DNA of 37,056 nt, taken from Candidatus Sericytochromatia bacterium (GTDB lineage: Bacteria > Cyanobacteriota > Sericytochromatia > S15B-MN24 > JAQBPE01). Location of the stretch: assembly GCA_035285125.1 (NCBI GenBank), contig JAYKHR010000132.1, forward strand, positions 1-37,056, in the 5' to 3' direction. Of the stretch, positions 8,385 to 17,935 are shown in pieces. A program made the translations under genes and the position numbers. The notes beneath the pieces were generated by a model. That model ran no database searches, was not told the origin of the DNA, and saw only the letters and a list, made by a program, of their open reading frames with translations. How positions within the stretch are numbered: position 1 is the first letter of the stretch; the number at the start of each line of letters is the position of its first letter.

Positions 8385-10013
8385 ATGCGCCAGCGCCGCC
8401 GCCACCCCCTCGCCCTGTTCGCCTTGCTGGCTCTGCTCAGCGGCTGCGTCGCCGGCACGCCGACCCCGGGCGTTGGCCGCGTGGGCCCGATGGGGGGCCG
8501 CATCGGAGGCGCGATGCCGGCAGCGGCGGCCATGGCGGCCGGCGTCAACGTCGGCGGTGCGCAGGACATCAAGCTGGCCCGCGAGGTGATCGCGAAGGGG
8601 GGCGTCCCCAGGGCCGAGCAGTTGCAGCTGCAGGGCCTGTACGCCGAGCATGACCTCCCCCTCGGCGAGGCGCCGGCTGGCAAGCTGCTGCACCTGACGC
8701 TCGGGCTCGGGATCGCGCCCGCCCTGCCAGAGGGCAAGCCCGCCCACTGGGTGCAGGTCGGCCTGGGCACGGGGCTTTCGGCCGAGCAGCTCGCCCGGCC
8801 GCCGCTGCAACTCGTCGTCGTGGCCGACCAGAGCGGCTCGATGGGCGGCCCCAAGATGGAGGCCCTGCGAGAGGCCCTCAAGCAGCTGGTGGACAAGCTC
8901 GACGAGCGAGACCAGCTCGGCATCGTGCTCTTCGACGACGACACGCGCGTCGAGAAGCCCCTCGGGCCGCTCGGTGACAAGGCCAAGCTCAAGGCCCAGA
9001 TCGCCGGCTTCCAGGTCGACGGGGGCACCGACATCAACCGGGGCCTCAAGGCCGGGCGCGCGTTGTTCGAGGCCCTGCAGGCCAAGGCGGGGATGCAGCG
9101 CCGCATCTTGTTGCTGACGGACGCCGTGCCCACCTTGGGGCCGAAGGATCCCGAGTCCTTCGCGGGCCTCATCTCGCGGTACGCCGAGGAGGGCATCGGC
9201 CTGACGGCCTTCGGCATCGGCCTTGACTTCGGGGCCGAACTCGGCGAGACGATCGGCAACCAGAAGGGCGGCAACTACGTGTTCCTGCGGGACGAGGCCG
9301 ACGTCCGGGAGGTGTTCGCCGAGGACTTCGACTTCCTGATGACCCCCGTCGCCCACGATTTCAGCCTCGCCGTCAGGCCCGGCCAAGGCTTCAAGCTCAC
9401 CCACGCCTACGGCGTCAGCGAGGTGGCGGAGGCCAAGGGCGACTACTCGCTCAAGGTGAAGAGCCTTTTCTTCAGCAAGCACCGCGGGGCCATCGTGTTG
9501 CGCTTCGAGGAGCTCACGCCGGGCGCCGGCGGGGGCGGGGCCGTGGTGGCGAAGGGCAAGCTGAGCTACACGCCTGCGACGGGCGGCGCGGCCGTCTCGG
9601 AGGCGCTGGTGGCAGCCGCCCCGGCAGTAGCGCCCAGAACGCCCGGAGAGGCCACCTTCGCGCCGGCGCCGGCGCGCAAGGCCGTGGCGCTCACGAACAT
9701 GGGCCTGGGCCTGGCAGCCGCCCTGAGGGCCCACGAGGCCAGGAACAAGCCGGAGGCGGCCCGGCTGCTCGAGGCCGTCCAGGGCGAACTCGAAGCGGCC
9801 CGGAAGGCGCTGCAAGACGAGGCCCTGGCCCCCGAGGTCGCGCTGGTCGAGCAGCTCAGGGCCAACATGGGGCTCGGGAGGGGCGCCCAGGCCAGCGGCA
9901 CGGTGGCCGTGACGCCCCCAGCCAGCGCCAGTGTGCCGGCACCCGCCCCCCGGGGTGGCGCCACCGTCGTGACACCCCCAGCAGCGCTCGGCTCGGGCGC
10001 CGGGACACGCTGA
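8385..10013 (+). CDS. vWA domain lipoprotein (YfbK-like)
   Basis: SD AGGAGG, lipobox LSGC, MIDAS DQSGSM...GGT...LLTD. Confidence 0.85.
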   Translation: MRQRRRHPLALFALLALLSGCVAGTPTPGVGRVGPMGGRIGGAMPAAAAMAAGVNVGGAQDIKLAREVIAKGGVPRAEQLQLQGLYAEHDLPLGEAPAGKLLHLTLGLGIAPALPEGKPAHWVQVGLGTGLSAEQLARPPLQLVVVADQSGSMGGPKMEALREALKQLVDKLDERDQLGIVLFDDDTRVEKPLGPLGDKAKLKAQIAGFQVDGGTDINRGLKAGRALFEALQAKAGMQRRILLLTDAVPTLGPKDPESFAGLISRYAEEGIGLTAFGIGLDFGAELGETIGNQKGGNYVFLRDEADVREVFAEDFDFLMTPVAHDFSLAVRPGQGFKLTHAYGVSEVAEAKGDYSLKVKSLFFSKHRGAIVLRFEELTPGAGGGGAVVAKGKLSYTPATGGAAVSEALVAAAPAVAPRTPGEATFAPAPARKAVALTNMGLGLAAALRAHEARNKPEAARLLEAVQGELEAARKALQDEALAPEVALVEQLRANMGLGRGAQASGTVAVTPPASASVPAPAPRGGATVVTPPAALGSGAGTR

Positions 10014-10118
10014 GCCTCGCCGACGGCCCAGGCTCCGGCTGATGCCTCATCCCCGCTGACGCGGGCTGCCCCCCATCCTGTGGTACAAAGCCCTCGTCCC
10101 CACCCGTTTGGTCCTCGA

Positions 10119-11819
10119 ATGCCCCTCACCCCCCGTGAGACCCTGCGCCTGGCCGTGACCGGTCTCTGCCTGGTGGCGGCCGGCTGCACGACGCCGCGCC
10201 AGCCAGCGCCAGGCCTCTACGTGCCGCCCGCCCGGCGGCTCGAGACCCCGGCGCCCGCGGCGCAGGGCACGGCGCCCCCATCGGCCGGGCGGGTTTCGCC
10301 GACGCCCTCGCCCACCCCGCCGCGCCCCAGCGTGACCCGGGCGCCGGCGCGGCCGTCAGCGCCACCGAGCGCGGCCCCCGAGACGACGGCCGAGCTCGCG
10401 GCCCTGCCCGTGGCCCTGAACGCGGCGGGCAGCATCGGCCTGGCCGCGGAGACCGAGAACTACCTCGTGCTGAGCGGCGCGAACGAGAAGCCCGTGGCCT
10501 CATGGACGCTGGCGGCCACGGAGGCGGGCGGCGCCAGCGCGTGGCGCCTCCTGGCGGCCCCCCAGGCCGCGTCGCCGCCGCCCCGGGGCGACGCGCACCT
10601 GGCCTTCCGGCGCTGGCAGCAGCAACTCGTCGCCACACTGCCGCAGCAGCCCCGGTACGCCCTGAGCCAGGCGTCCAGGCCCCTGAAGGTGGGAGACACG
10701 CAGGACCTGTGGGTGATCACCCAGTTCGACGCCGTCGCGCCGAAGGAGGTGCGTGTGCGGGCCGATGTCGTGGAGGTGGGCACCCACTGCTACGTGCTGG
10801 TGGACCAGGCGGCCACCACGCGTGCGGCCAGCCGCGAGCGCCTACGCACGCGGGCCCGCGAGGTCGCCCGGACCTTCGATGCCACCGTCTACCCCACCAA
10901 CACCCGCCTCTTCGGCAGCGAGCCGAGCCCGGGCGTCGACGGCGACCCGCGCGTCTTCATCTTGCTCACGCCCGCCGTGGGCGACTACGGGCGAGACACG
11001 ACGCTGGGCTACTTCTCCCAGCGGGACGCCTTCCCGGCCGACACGCGGGCCGATGGCCCCACGGCGCGCAGCAACGCCCGTGAGTTGCTCTACGTCAGCA
11101 GCCAGATCGTGCTGGAGGGCGACCCGGAGGACTACATGGGCACGATTGCCCACGAGTTCCAGCACATGATCAACTTCAACCAGAAGGTGCTCGTGGGCAA
11201 GAACCGCATCTCGGACGACCTCTGGGTCGACGAGGGGATGTCGATGTACGCCATCGAGGCCTGTGGCTACGGCCTGATGGCGGGCGGCGAGGTGCTCGCC
11301 AACCACGTGCGGCAGTTCCAGGCCGAGCCGGAGGCCTACTCGCTCTCAGACTGGGAGGGCAACCCCGAGGGGATCGGCTACGGCCCAGTCTACCTGCTGA
11401 CGGTCTACCTTGCGGACCGCTTCGGGGAAGACTTCATCAAGGAGGTCGTCACCTCCAAGGGGCTCGGGGCCGCGAACCTCCAGGCGCTCCTGGCAGCCCG
11501 CGGCACCAGCCTGACGGCGGTGCTGCACGACTGGGCGCTGGCGAACCTCCTCGACGGCGCCGAGCAGGCCACCGACCCCCGCCACCAGTACAAGATGCTG
11601 GAGATGCGCGGCGACAACGGGTCGACGCGGCTCTTGGGCTTCCGGACGCTGGACCTCGACCTGCCCGGCCAGCTGAGGGTGCCAGGTCGGCCCTTCTCGG
11701 CGCGGTACTACAGGCTGCCCGACGGCGCCCTGAGCCCCCGCTTCACGCTGGCCGGCGGGGGCACGGGCGTGCGCGTGCGGGAGTTCCCGAGGCTGGTGTT
11801 GCCTGAAGCGGGGTTCTGA
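10119..11819 (+). CDS. zinc metalloprotease lipoprotein (HExxH, M30/hyicolysin-like)
   Basis: Lipobox AAGC, Pro-rich linker, DGDPRVFIL, GYFSQRD, TIAHEFQHMIN and downstream WVDEG. Confidence 0.8.
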   Translation: MPLTPRETLRLAVTGLCLVAAGCTTPRQPAPGLYVPPARRLETPAPAAQGTAPPSAGRVSPTPSPTPPRPSVTRAPARPSAPPSAAPETTAELAALPVALNAAGSIGLAAETENYLVLSGANEKPVASWTLAATEAGGASAWRLLAAPQAASPPPRGDAHLAFRRWQQQLVATLPQQPRYALSQASRPLKVGDTQDLWVITQFDAVAPKEVRVRADVVEVGTHCYVLVDQAATTRAASRERLRTRAREVARTFDATVYPTNTRLFGSEPSPGVDGDPRVFILLTPAVGDYGRDTTLGYFSQRDAFPADTRADGPTARSNARELLYVSSQIVLEGDPEDYMGTIAHEFQHMINFNQKVLVGKNRISDDLWVDEGMSMYAIEACGYGLMAGGEVLANHVRQFQAEPEAYSLSDWEGNPEGIGYGPVYLLTVYLADRFGEDFIKEVVTSKGLGAANLQALLAARGTSLTAVLHDWALANLLDGAEQATDPRHQYKMLEMRGDNGSTRLLGFRTLDLDLPGQLRVPGRPFSARYYRLPDGALSPRFTLAGGGTGVRVREFPRLVLPEAGF

Positions 11820-11870
11820 CTGACGCCGGCTATCGGGTAACGGGTTGGGGCCAGGTCGAGCCGGCCCCCC

Positions 11871-14867
11871 TCAGAACACCTCGCGCACGATGTCCCGGTC
11901 AATCGCCGCCAGCGCGCTCATGACCCGCTCCTGGAAGCCCGGGCTCATCCCCGGCACGTCCTTGAACTGGTTGAGCATGTCGATGGCCTGGCGGAGGTGC
12001 CGCACGAGCTGCCCCTCATCGATGCCCGAGATCTCGCACACGTGGGACCACCCGGCGTTCGCGGCCCAGGCCTGGACCATCCCGCAGTAGTCCGTCACGA
12101 CGTAGAGGGGCAGCCCGTCGTCACCCAGGTGGGCCTGCATGTCGTAGAGGCGTTGGGCCATCCCGATGACCTCCTCCGACAGCTGCACGACCCGGGGGCT
12201 CGGCCGCAGTGGACGCCAGGCCATCCGGCCGCGCACAGGCTCCGCCACGATGAGGCTGGCGGCGGCGGCCAGCTCGTCGGGCTCGAGAAACTCCAGCAGG
12301 CCGGACGCCAGCACCTCGGCAGCCACCAGCTCGTTCGAGGTGCGCAGGTTGGCGAGCGCCACGCCGCGGGGCAGCAGCTCCCGACCGCGCATGAAGTCCC
12401 CGCGCTGCAGCACGTCGCGCAGGGCCACGAACTGGTTCCAGAACCTGGCCCGAATGGCCTCGATTTGCACGTCGTGCGCCCGAATTTGCCGCCGCAGCTT
12501 GGCGGCCTCGGCGTCCGCCTGCTTGCAGGACGGGACCTTGGGGCACTCGAAGCACGTCTGCTCGCGCCAGGCGGCCTCGGCCGTCTCCAGCACCTCCCGC
12601 GCCCGCCCCATCGCGGCGGGCACCTTCCGGCGCGGCAGCACCAGCTCGTCCTCCACGCCGGCCTGCGCCATCCACTCGAGCCAGCGCTCCCCGTCGAACG
12701 AGACGCGGTGACGCTGGCCGTGGCTCAGGGGCTCGGTGGCGTCCCGCCAGGCCCGCGGCACGCCACGCACCACCGCTCCCGTGGAGAGCACCAGCTCCCG
12801 CGCCGACAGGCGCATCAGGTGGCCCGTCGGCAGGAACACGCCGATCTGCACGCCGCGCTTGGTGCGGTACTTGTTGACGAGCAAGCCGATCTCGGGCCGC
12901 GCGGCCCCGGGGCGCTGCACCACCACCACGGAGTCGAAGGGGGCCGCAAGCGCCACGCGCTGGGCATCCTGGTCGCTCTGGCCGCGCATGTTCTTTTCCA
13001 GGTCGCGCAGCGTGCCCGCGGCCTCGTCGACCACCTTGCGGGCCGCGAGGTAGCCCGGGATGAGGTCGGCGATGCGGTGCTCCGGGAACCGGGGGCAGGG
13101 CCCCTCGCGCCCCTCGAGCTGCCGCTGAAGTTCGAGCCGGTGGGCCCGCAGATCTCGCACGGTGGCGTTGTTCTGGAACTGGCTGAAGCACTGCTCCACG
13201 ATGCGCCGGGACTGCCCCTCTTCGTAGAGGTGGGCCAGGTTGATGACCATGTTGTAGTTCAGCGTGAAGCGGCTCCGCAGCGGCTCCGGCGAGCCCTGGA
13301 ACAGGGCGGCCACGTCGTGCGGGCCGTAGCGGTGCGAACCGAGCACCACCCCGTAGCCGACGGTGTCCATGCCGCGCCGCCCGGCCCGGCCCGTCATCTG
13401 TGCGAACTCGCTGACGGCGAGCATTCGGTGGCCCTCGTCCGTGCGCTTGGAGAGGCTGGTGATGACGACGGTGCGGGCCGGCATGTTGATGCCGGCGGCC
13501 AGCGTCTCCGTGGCGAAGACCACCTTGAGGAGGTTCTGCTGGAACAGCTCCTCGATGAGCAGCTTGAGCGGCGGAAGCAGGCCGGCGTGGTGTGGCGCGA
13601 CGCCCGAGGGAAGGCGCTCCAGCCAGCCCTTGGTCGCGTTGGACCCAAGCATCCCGGGCGTCTGGGCCACGGCCCGCTCGACGGCCTCGCGGATGCGGCG
13701 CTTCTCGTCGGCGCTGGTGAGGTCATTGCCGCCGCGGATGGTGGCGATGGCCTCCTTCTCGCAGCCGAGGCGCGAGAACACGAAGAAGATGGCCGGCAGC
13801 ATCTTCTTCTTAGCCAGCTCGTGGGCGACCTGGCTCGAGAGGGGCGTTTCGACCCAGCCGTCCTTGGAGAAGGCCTTGACCCGCACGCGGCCCTTCGCAT
13901 CGAGCAGAGGCTCCACCTTGTCCGCAAAGACATAGGCTTCGAGGGGGACGGGCCGCTCCTCGTGCAGGATCACGTCCATCGGCTGGTGGACCTCAGAGAC
14001 CCACGTGGCGAGCTCGTCCGCGTTGGGGATCGTGGCCGAGAGGGCGACGATGCGGGTGTCCTTGCCGAGGAAGACGATCGTCTCCTCCCAGACGGTGCCG
14101 CGGCCGTCCGCCCCGATGTAGTGCGCCTCGTCGAGGATCACGTGGGAGACGTCGTCCACCTGCGTCGGATCGACCTGCAGCATGTTGCGCAGGATCTCCG
14201 TCGTCATGATGAGCACCGGGGCCTCGGGGTTGATCACGACGTCGCCCGTCACGAGCCCCACGTCGTCACCCATGATGTCCCGCAGGTCGCGGAACTTCTG
14301 GTTGGAGAGCGCCTTGAGCGGCGTCGTGTAGATGCAGCGACGGCCGCGGTGGCGCGCCAGGAAGATGGCGAACTCGGCCACGATCGTCTTGCCGGAGCCC
14401 GTCGGCGCCGAGACCAGCACGCTGCGCCCTGCCTCGAGCGCTCGCATCGCGTCGAGCTGGAATTCGTCGAGCGGGAACCGCTGCGTGGCGGCGAAGGCAG
14501 CCACCACAGAGGCCGCGGCACGCTGGCGACCGCGCGTCTCGGGGGCAGGCGCGGGCGCCGCGGGTGCCTCAGGCGGGCTGGGAGCCTTGGCCCGGCTCCG
14601 GGGGCGCTTGGCCGCCTCAGGACTTTCGGCAGAGGCGCTTGCAGCCTTGACCCGGCTCTTGCGGGGGCTGGCCTCCCCGGGACCCTCGGCAGAGGCGCTC
14701 GCAGCCTTGGCCCGGCTCTTGCGGGGCCTGGCCTCCCCGGGACCTTCAGCAGGGAAGCTGGGAGCCTTGGCTGGACGCCGGGGGCGCTTGGCCTCCCCGG
14801 CGCCTTCGGAGGCAGCGGGCGGGGAGGTGCGACGGGGCGACGACTTCGGAGTTTTGGTGTCAGACAT
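11871..14867 (-). CDS. Ski2-like DEAD/DEAH-box RNA helicase (HelY-like, DSHCT-type C-terminus)
   Basis: Q-motif LDEFQ, APTGSGKT, YTTPLKALSNQK, MTTEILRNML, DEAH, LSAT, HHAGLLP, ATETLAAGINMPA, QMTGRAGRRG. Confidence 0.93.
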   Translation of the reverse strand: MSDTKTPKSSPRRTSPPAASEGAGEAKRPRRPAKAPSFPAEGPGEARPRKSRAKAASASAEGPGEASPRKSRVKAASASAESPEAAKRPRSRAKAPSPPEAPAAPAPAPETRGRQRAAASVVAAFAATQRFPLDEFQLDAMRALEAGRSVLVSAPTGSGKTIVAEFAIFLARHRGRRCIYTTPLKALSNQKFRDLRDIMGDDVGLVTGDVVINPEAPVLIMTTEILRNMLQVDPTQVDDVSHVILDEAHYIGADGRGTVWEETIVFLGKDTRIVALSATIPNADELATWVSEVHQPMDVILHEERPVPLEAYVFADKVEPLLDAKGRVRVKAFSKDGWVETPLSSQVAHELAKKKMLPAIFFVFSRLGCEKEAIATIRGGNDLTSADEKRRIREAVERAVAQTPGMLGSNATKGWLERLPSGVAPHHAGLLPPLKLLIEELFQQNLLKVVFATETLAAGINMPARTVVITSLSKRTDEGHRMLAVSEFAQMTGRAGRRGMDTVGYGVVLGSHRYGPHDVAALFQGSPEPLRSRFTLNYNMVINLAHLYEEGQSRRIVEQCFSQFQNNATVRDLRAHRLELQRQLEGREGPCPRFPEHRIADLIPGYLAARKVVDEAAGTLRDLEKNMRGQSDQDAQRVALAAPFDSVVVVQRPGAARPEIGLLVNKYRTKRGVQIGVFLPTGHLMRLSARELVLSTGAVVRGVPRAWRDATEPLSHGQRHRVSFDGERWLEWMAQAGVEDELVLPRRKVPAAMGRAREVLETAEAAWREQTCFECPKVPSCKQADAEAAKLRRQIRAHDVQIEAIRARFWNQFVALRDVLQRGDFMRGRELLPRGVALANLRTSNELVAAEVLASGLLEFLEPDELAAAASLIVAEPVRGRMAWRPLRPSPRVVQLSEEVIGMAQRLYDMQAHLGDDGLPLYVVTDYCGMVQAWAANAGWSHVCEISGIDEGQLVRHLRQAIDMLNQFKDVPGMSPGFQERVMSALAAIDRDIVREVF
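14581..14820 (-). repeat. four 60-bp (20-aa) tandem repeats in the helicase N-terminus
   Basis: Units at 14581, 14641, 14701 and 14761 begin G(G/C)AGCCTTG and encode SAEGPGEARPRKSRAKAASA-like peptides. Confidence 0.85.
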
Positions 14868-14873
14868 CTGGGC

Positions 14874-14889
14874 CCATGTTATACCATGG
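14874..14889. promoter_or_regulatory. putative bidirectional promoter (back-to-back -10 elements)
   Basis: Near-palindrome CCATGTTATACCATGG gives TAACAT on the minus strand (14881-14876) and TACCAT on the plus strand (14882-14887), between the divergent helicase and rnhB genes. Confidence 0.55.
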
Positions 14890-15557
14890 CGCATCGCGGC
14901 ATCGGTGACAGGCAAGTGTACGAGCTAGAACGCGCAGCCGTCAGGGCCGGCCACCAGGGGGTGGCGGGCGTGGATGAGGCTGGCCGAGGGCCCCTCGCCG
15001 GCCCGGTGGTCGCGGCCTGTGTGCGGCTCCCCGTGCGCGCCCCCCGGGCGCTGGCAGGCCTCGATGACTCCAAGCGACTGTCGCCCCGGGCGAGGGACCG
15101 CTACTTCGACCTCGTCCACGAGGTCGCGCTCGCGGTGGGCGTGGGCGTCGCCACGCCTGCGGAGATCGATGCGCTGAACATCCTCCAGGCCACCTTCGAG
15201 GCGATGCGACGGGCGGTGGCGGCCTGTGAAGGCGCGGGGCACCTGCTCATCGACGGCCCGCACGTCATCCCGGGCCTCACGCAGGGGCAGCAGGCCATCG
15301 TGGGCGGCGACGGGCTGTCCTGGTCGATCGCGGCGGCATCGGTGGTGGCCAAGGTGACGCGGGACCGCTTGATGGTGGCCCTGGACGCCGCCTGTCCCGG
15401 CTACGGCTTCGCCCGGCACAAGGGCTACGGCACCCCTGCCCACTACGAGGCCCTGCGGGAGCTCGACCTGAGCGAGCACCATCGCCGCAGCTTCCTCACG
15501 CGGTTTGGGTCCCCCGGGCAGGGTGGTATGATGGCGAGCAAGCCCGAGGCCCCGTGA
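14886..15557 (+). CDS. rnhB: ribonuclease HII
   Basis: GVDEAGRGPLAGPVVA, LDDSKRL, LIDG, SIAAASVVAKVTRD, HKGYGT, HRRSF. It is the C-terminal part of the track's 11997..15557 ORF; the real start is ATG 14886 or GTG 14916. Confidence 0.95.
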   Translation: MAHRGIGDRQVYELERAAVRAGHQGVAGVDEAGRGPLAGPVVAACVRLPVRAPRALAGLDDSKRLSPRARDRYFDLVHEVALAVGVGVATPAEIDALNILQATFEAMRRAVAACEGAGHLLIDGPHVIPGLTQGQQAIVGGDGLSWSIAAASVVAKVTRDRLMVALDAACPGYGFARHKGYGTPAHYEALRELDLSEHHRRSFLTRFGSPGQGGMMASKPEAP

Positions 15558-15592
15558 AGCGGCAGGGGCCGCACCGTTGTGGATGGTGACGC

Positions 15593-16204
15593 ATGGCGAG
15601 CAAGAAGCGGCGGGTGTCCCTCCTCGGCGCGTTCGAGATTCAGGCAGAAGACAACGCCCCCAACCGGGATGGGCTCATCCTGGGCTCCCGGCGAGAGGCG
15701 CTCGGCTTCGTGATCGAGACGAGCCGTGAGAGCATCGAGCACATCGTGTCGCTGATCGCCCCGCCCCGCCCTGGCCTGCCCACGCGCCTGACGGCCTCGC
15801 TGGGCGACGTGCTGGAGTCGCTGGGCTGCGAGCTGGTGCGTATCGAGCTCGAGCCCGTCGCCGATGAGGAGCCGGAGCCCAAGGAAGGCTACGGCTCGTA
15901 CGTGCAGGGCTGGCTGATGTTCCGGCACGAGGGGCGACGGGCGAGGCGTCTGGCGCTCACGGCCACCGAGGCCATCCAGCTCGCGCTGCGGCAAGGCCTC
16001 CCGATGCTGGCCGACACCGAGCTGCTGCGGCTCGACGTCACCCAGCTGCTCGAGGACATGGACCAGATCCAGAGCGCCCGAGCACGAGACGCCAGGAAGT
16101 TCCACTCGTTCCTGAGCCGGGTAACGGCCACGGACTTCCAGCGTTTCTACGAGACGCTCCGGGGCAAACCCGGCGAGGGCCCCGAGGACGGCGAACCCGG
16201 GTGA
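15593..16204 (+). CDS. divergent bifunctional nuclease (DUF151)-like protein
   Basis: Layout matches DUF151 (PTRLTASLGDVLESLGCELVRIEL; EAIQLALRQGLPM; KFHSFLSRVTATDF), but the RPLTHDL and DaRPSD motifs are altered. Confidence 0.6.
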   Translation: MASKKRRVSLLGAFEIQAEDNAPNRDGLILGSRREALGFVIETSRESIEHIVSLIAPPRPGLPTRLTASLGDVLESLGCELVRIELEPVADEEPEPKEGYGSYVQGWLMFRHEGRRARRLALTATEAIQLALRQGLPMLADTELLRLDVTQLLEDMDQIQSARARDARKFHSFLSRVTATDFQRFYETLRGKPGEGPEDGEPG

Positions 16205-16371
16205 CGGGTGGCACGGCGGCGAGCGTCGCCCGGTGCCGATAATCGAGGCAGCCGACGCCCAAGCGGGGGGGCTTTGCCGTGGCCAGGAAGCCTTGCCACC
16301 CTGGTGCACCGTCACCCCACCCGCTCGCATCATGGGGGAGGATCCGCGCTGGGAACAGTGGGGAGCACGCG

Positions 16372-17322
16372 TTGAACCTGACCACGCCACCCGGGCTCTT
16401 CGTCGATTTTCACGCCCACCTCCGCGGCAGCAAGGAGGTGGCCCACCCGGCTGCGCCTCACATCCCCCTGCTCCGCGCCGTCGCGAACGTGTTCGAGCCC
16501 GTGCTGGCCCAAGGCGTCGAGTGGATGGCACGCTACGGCCGCCACCGGGTGCTCACGCGGCTCTACCCGCGCTTCAAGGTGGTGGGCTTCAACGAGATCC
16601 TCCGGCAGTTCAACCGTCACCAGGCCGAGGCGCTCGTCGCCAGCATGGACCAGGCCGGCATCGAGACGACGGTCATCTGCGCCATCGAGCCGTTCTTCGA
16701 GACGCTCGACCTGCTCGAGACGCTGGCGCCCCACGGATCGCGCTTCGCGGTCTTCTGCTCGGTGGACCCGGAGGATCCGCAGTACGCCGACAAGTTCGCG
16801 GCCTACGTCGCCACCGGGCAGGTCTACGGGCTCAAGATCCACCCCTCGCTGGCTGGCCCCGTGCCCACGAGCGAGCGCATGTTCGAGCTGGTGGCGCTTG
16901 CCGATGCCCACCACCTGCCCGTCATCATCCACACCGGGACGTTCCCCTTCCCGCTGTGCGAGAGCGCGGACAACGCATTGGCCCTGGAGCCCGTCATCCG
17001 GGCGTTCCCACGCGTGCCGATCGTGCTGGCCCACATTGGCTGGGATCAGGCGGAGCACGTGCTGTCACTCGGCCACGACTACCCCAACGTGTACACCGAC
17101 ACCTCCTGGCAGCCCGCTCCGGTCATCCGGGAGGCCATCTCGGCCATGGGCGTCGAGCGCGTGCTGTTCGGCTCCGACTTCCCCTTGTTCAGCCAGAGCC
17201 GGGCGCTCTCCGTGCTGCTCGAGGCGCTGCGGCCCGACGAGCTCGCCATCGTGGGGCGGGAGAACGCCCGCCGCCTGCTCAGCCACGCCAAGGCCAGCCG
17301 TCCTCCTGCCGAAAGACCATAA
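16372..17322 (+). CDS. amidohydrolase family protein (Amidohydro_2-like)
   Basis: DFHAH, GLKIHP, IHTG, LAH, YTDTS, LFGSDFP. TTG start after GGGGAG chosen; GTG 16279 is an alternative. Confidence 0.88.
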   Translation: MNLTTPPGLFVDFHAHLRGSKEVAHPAAPHIPLLRAVANVFEPVLAQGVEWMARYGRHRVLTRLYPRFKVVGFNEILRQFNRHQAEALVASMDQAGIETTVICAIEPFFETLDLLETLAPHGSRFAVFCSVDPEDPQYADKFAAYVATGQVYGLKIHPSLAGPVPTSERMFELVALADAHHLPVIIHTGTFPFPLCESADNALALEPVIRAFPRVPIVLAHIGWDQAEHVLSLGHDYPNVYTDTSWQPAPVIREAISAMGVERVLFGSDFPLFSQSRALSVLLEALRPDELAIVGRENARRLLSHAKASRPPAERP

Positions 17323-17403
17323 CCAAGAACCTGAAAATCAGCACCGTTAAAGGATCCGCCGTCACGGGTACGTTGCCAGAGTCCCCCCATCCCCCGAGTG
17401 ATC

Positions 17404-17925
17404 ATGCCTGTCAGACCCCACCGCCTATCTGTCCTGTTCCTCGCCGCCGCGCTGGCGCTGGGGGGCTGTGACGCGGCCGATCTCGGCGCGATGCTGGGCG
17501 TCGGAGACGGGGCCACCACTACCACGGAGGCGCCCCCTCCGCCCCCGCCGCGCCCGCAGGCCACGCCGGAGCCCACGCCCAAGCCGACGCCCAAGAACAT
17601 GGCCGCCCAACTCGTGGCAAACCTGGCCTTCGACAAGGTTCGCGGCCGCGGCATCCGGGAGGTCTACGAGGGCCAGACCAAGCTGGCGCGCGAGACCTTC
17701 AAGGCCGCGCAGCAGATGAAGCCCCAGGACCGCAGCGTGCCGATGTGGCTGGACGCCATCGAGACCGCCTACGAGCTCAAGCGCAAGGAAACCAAGGCTG
17801 CCAGCGGGGCCGGGGGCGCCCCGGGCATGCCGCCCATCGGGCCGCCGCTGACCGGGCCGCCGACCCCGCCCGTGTCCGGCACGCCGCAACCCGCGCCGTC
17901 GTTCGACCCGACGCTCGTCTTCTGA
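17404..17925 (+). CDS. hypothetical lipoprotein with a single TPR-like module
   Basis: Lipobox LGGC, Pro-rich linkers, helical TPR-like segment FKAAQQMKPQD. Confidence 0.75.
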   Translation: MPVRPHRLSVLFLAAALALGGCDAADLGAMLGVGDGATTTTEAPPPPPPRPQATPEPTPKPTPKNMAAQLVANLAFDKVRGRGIREVYEGQTKLARETFKAAQQMKPQDRSVPMWLDAIETAYELKRKETKAASGAGGAPGMPPIGPPLTGPPTPPVSGTPQPAPSFDPTLVF

Positions 17926-17935
17926 AGCCCGCCGG

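Noticed and set aside
11997..14885. Apparent 1186-aa fusion ending in RNase HII
   Set aside because: The first ~960 codons are the antisense shadow of the helicase; only the part from 14886 onward has RNase HII motifs.
16235..16242. sigma28-like -10 box GCCGATAA upstream of the amidohydrolase
   Set aside because: No matching TAAA -35 element at the expected spacing.
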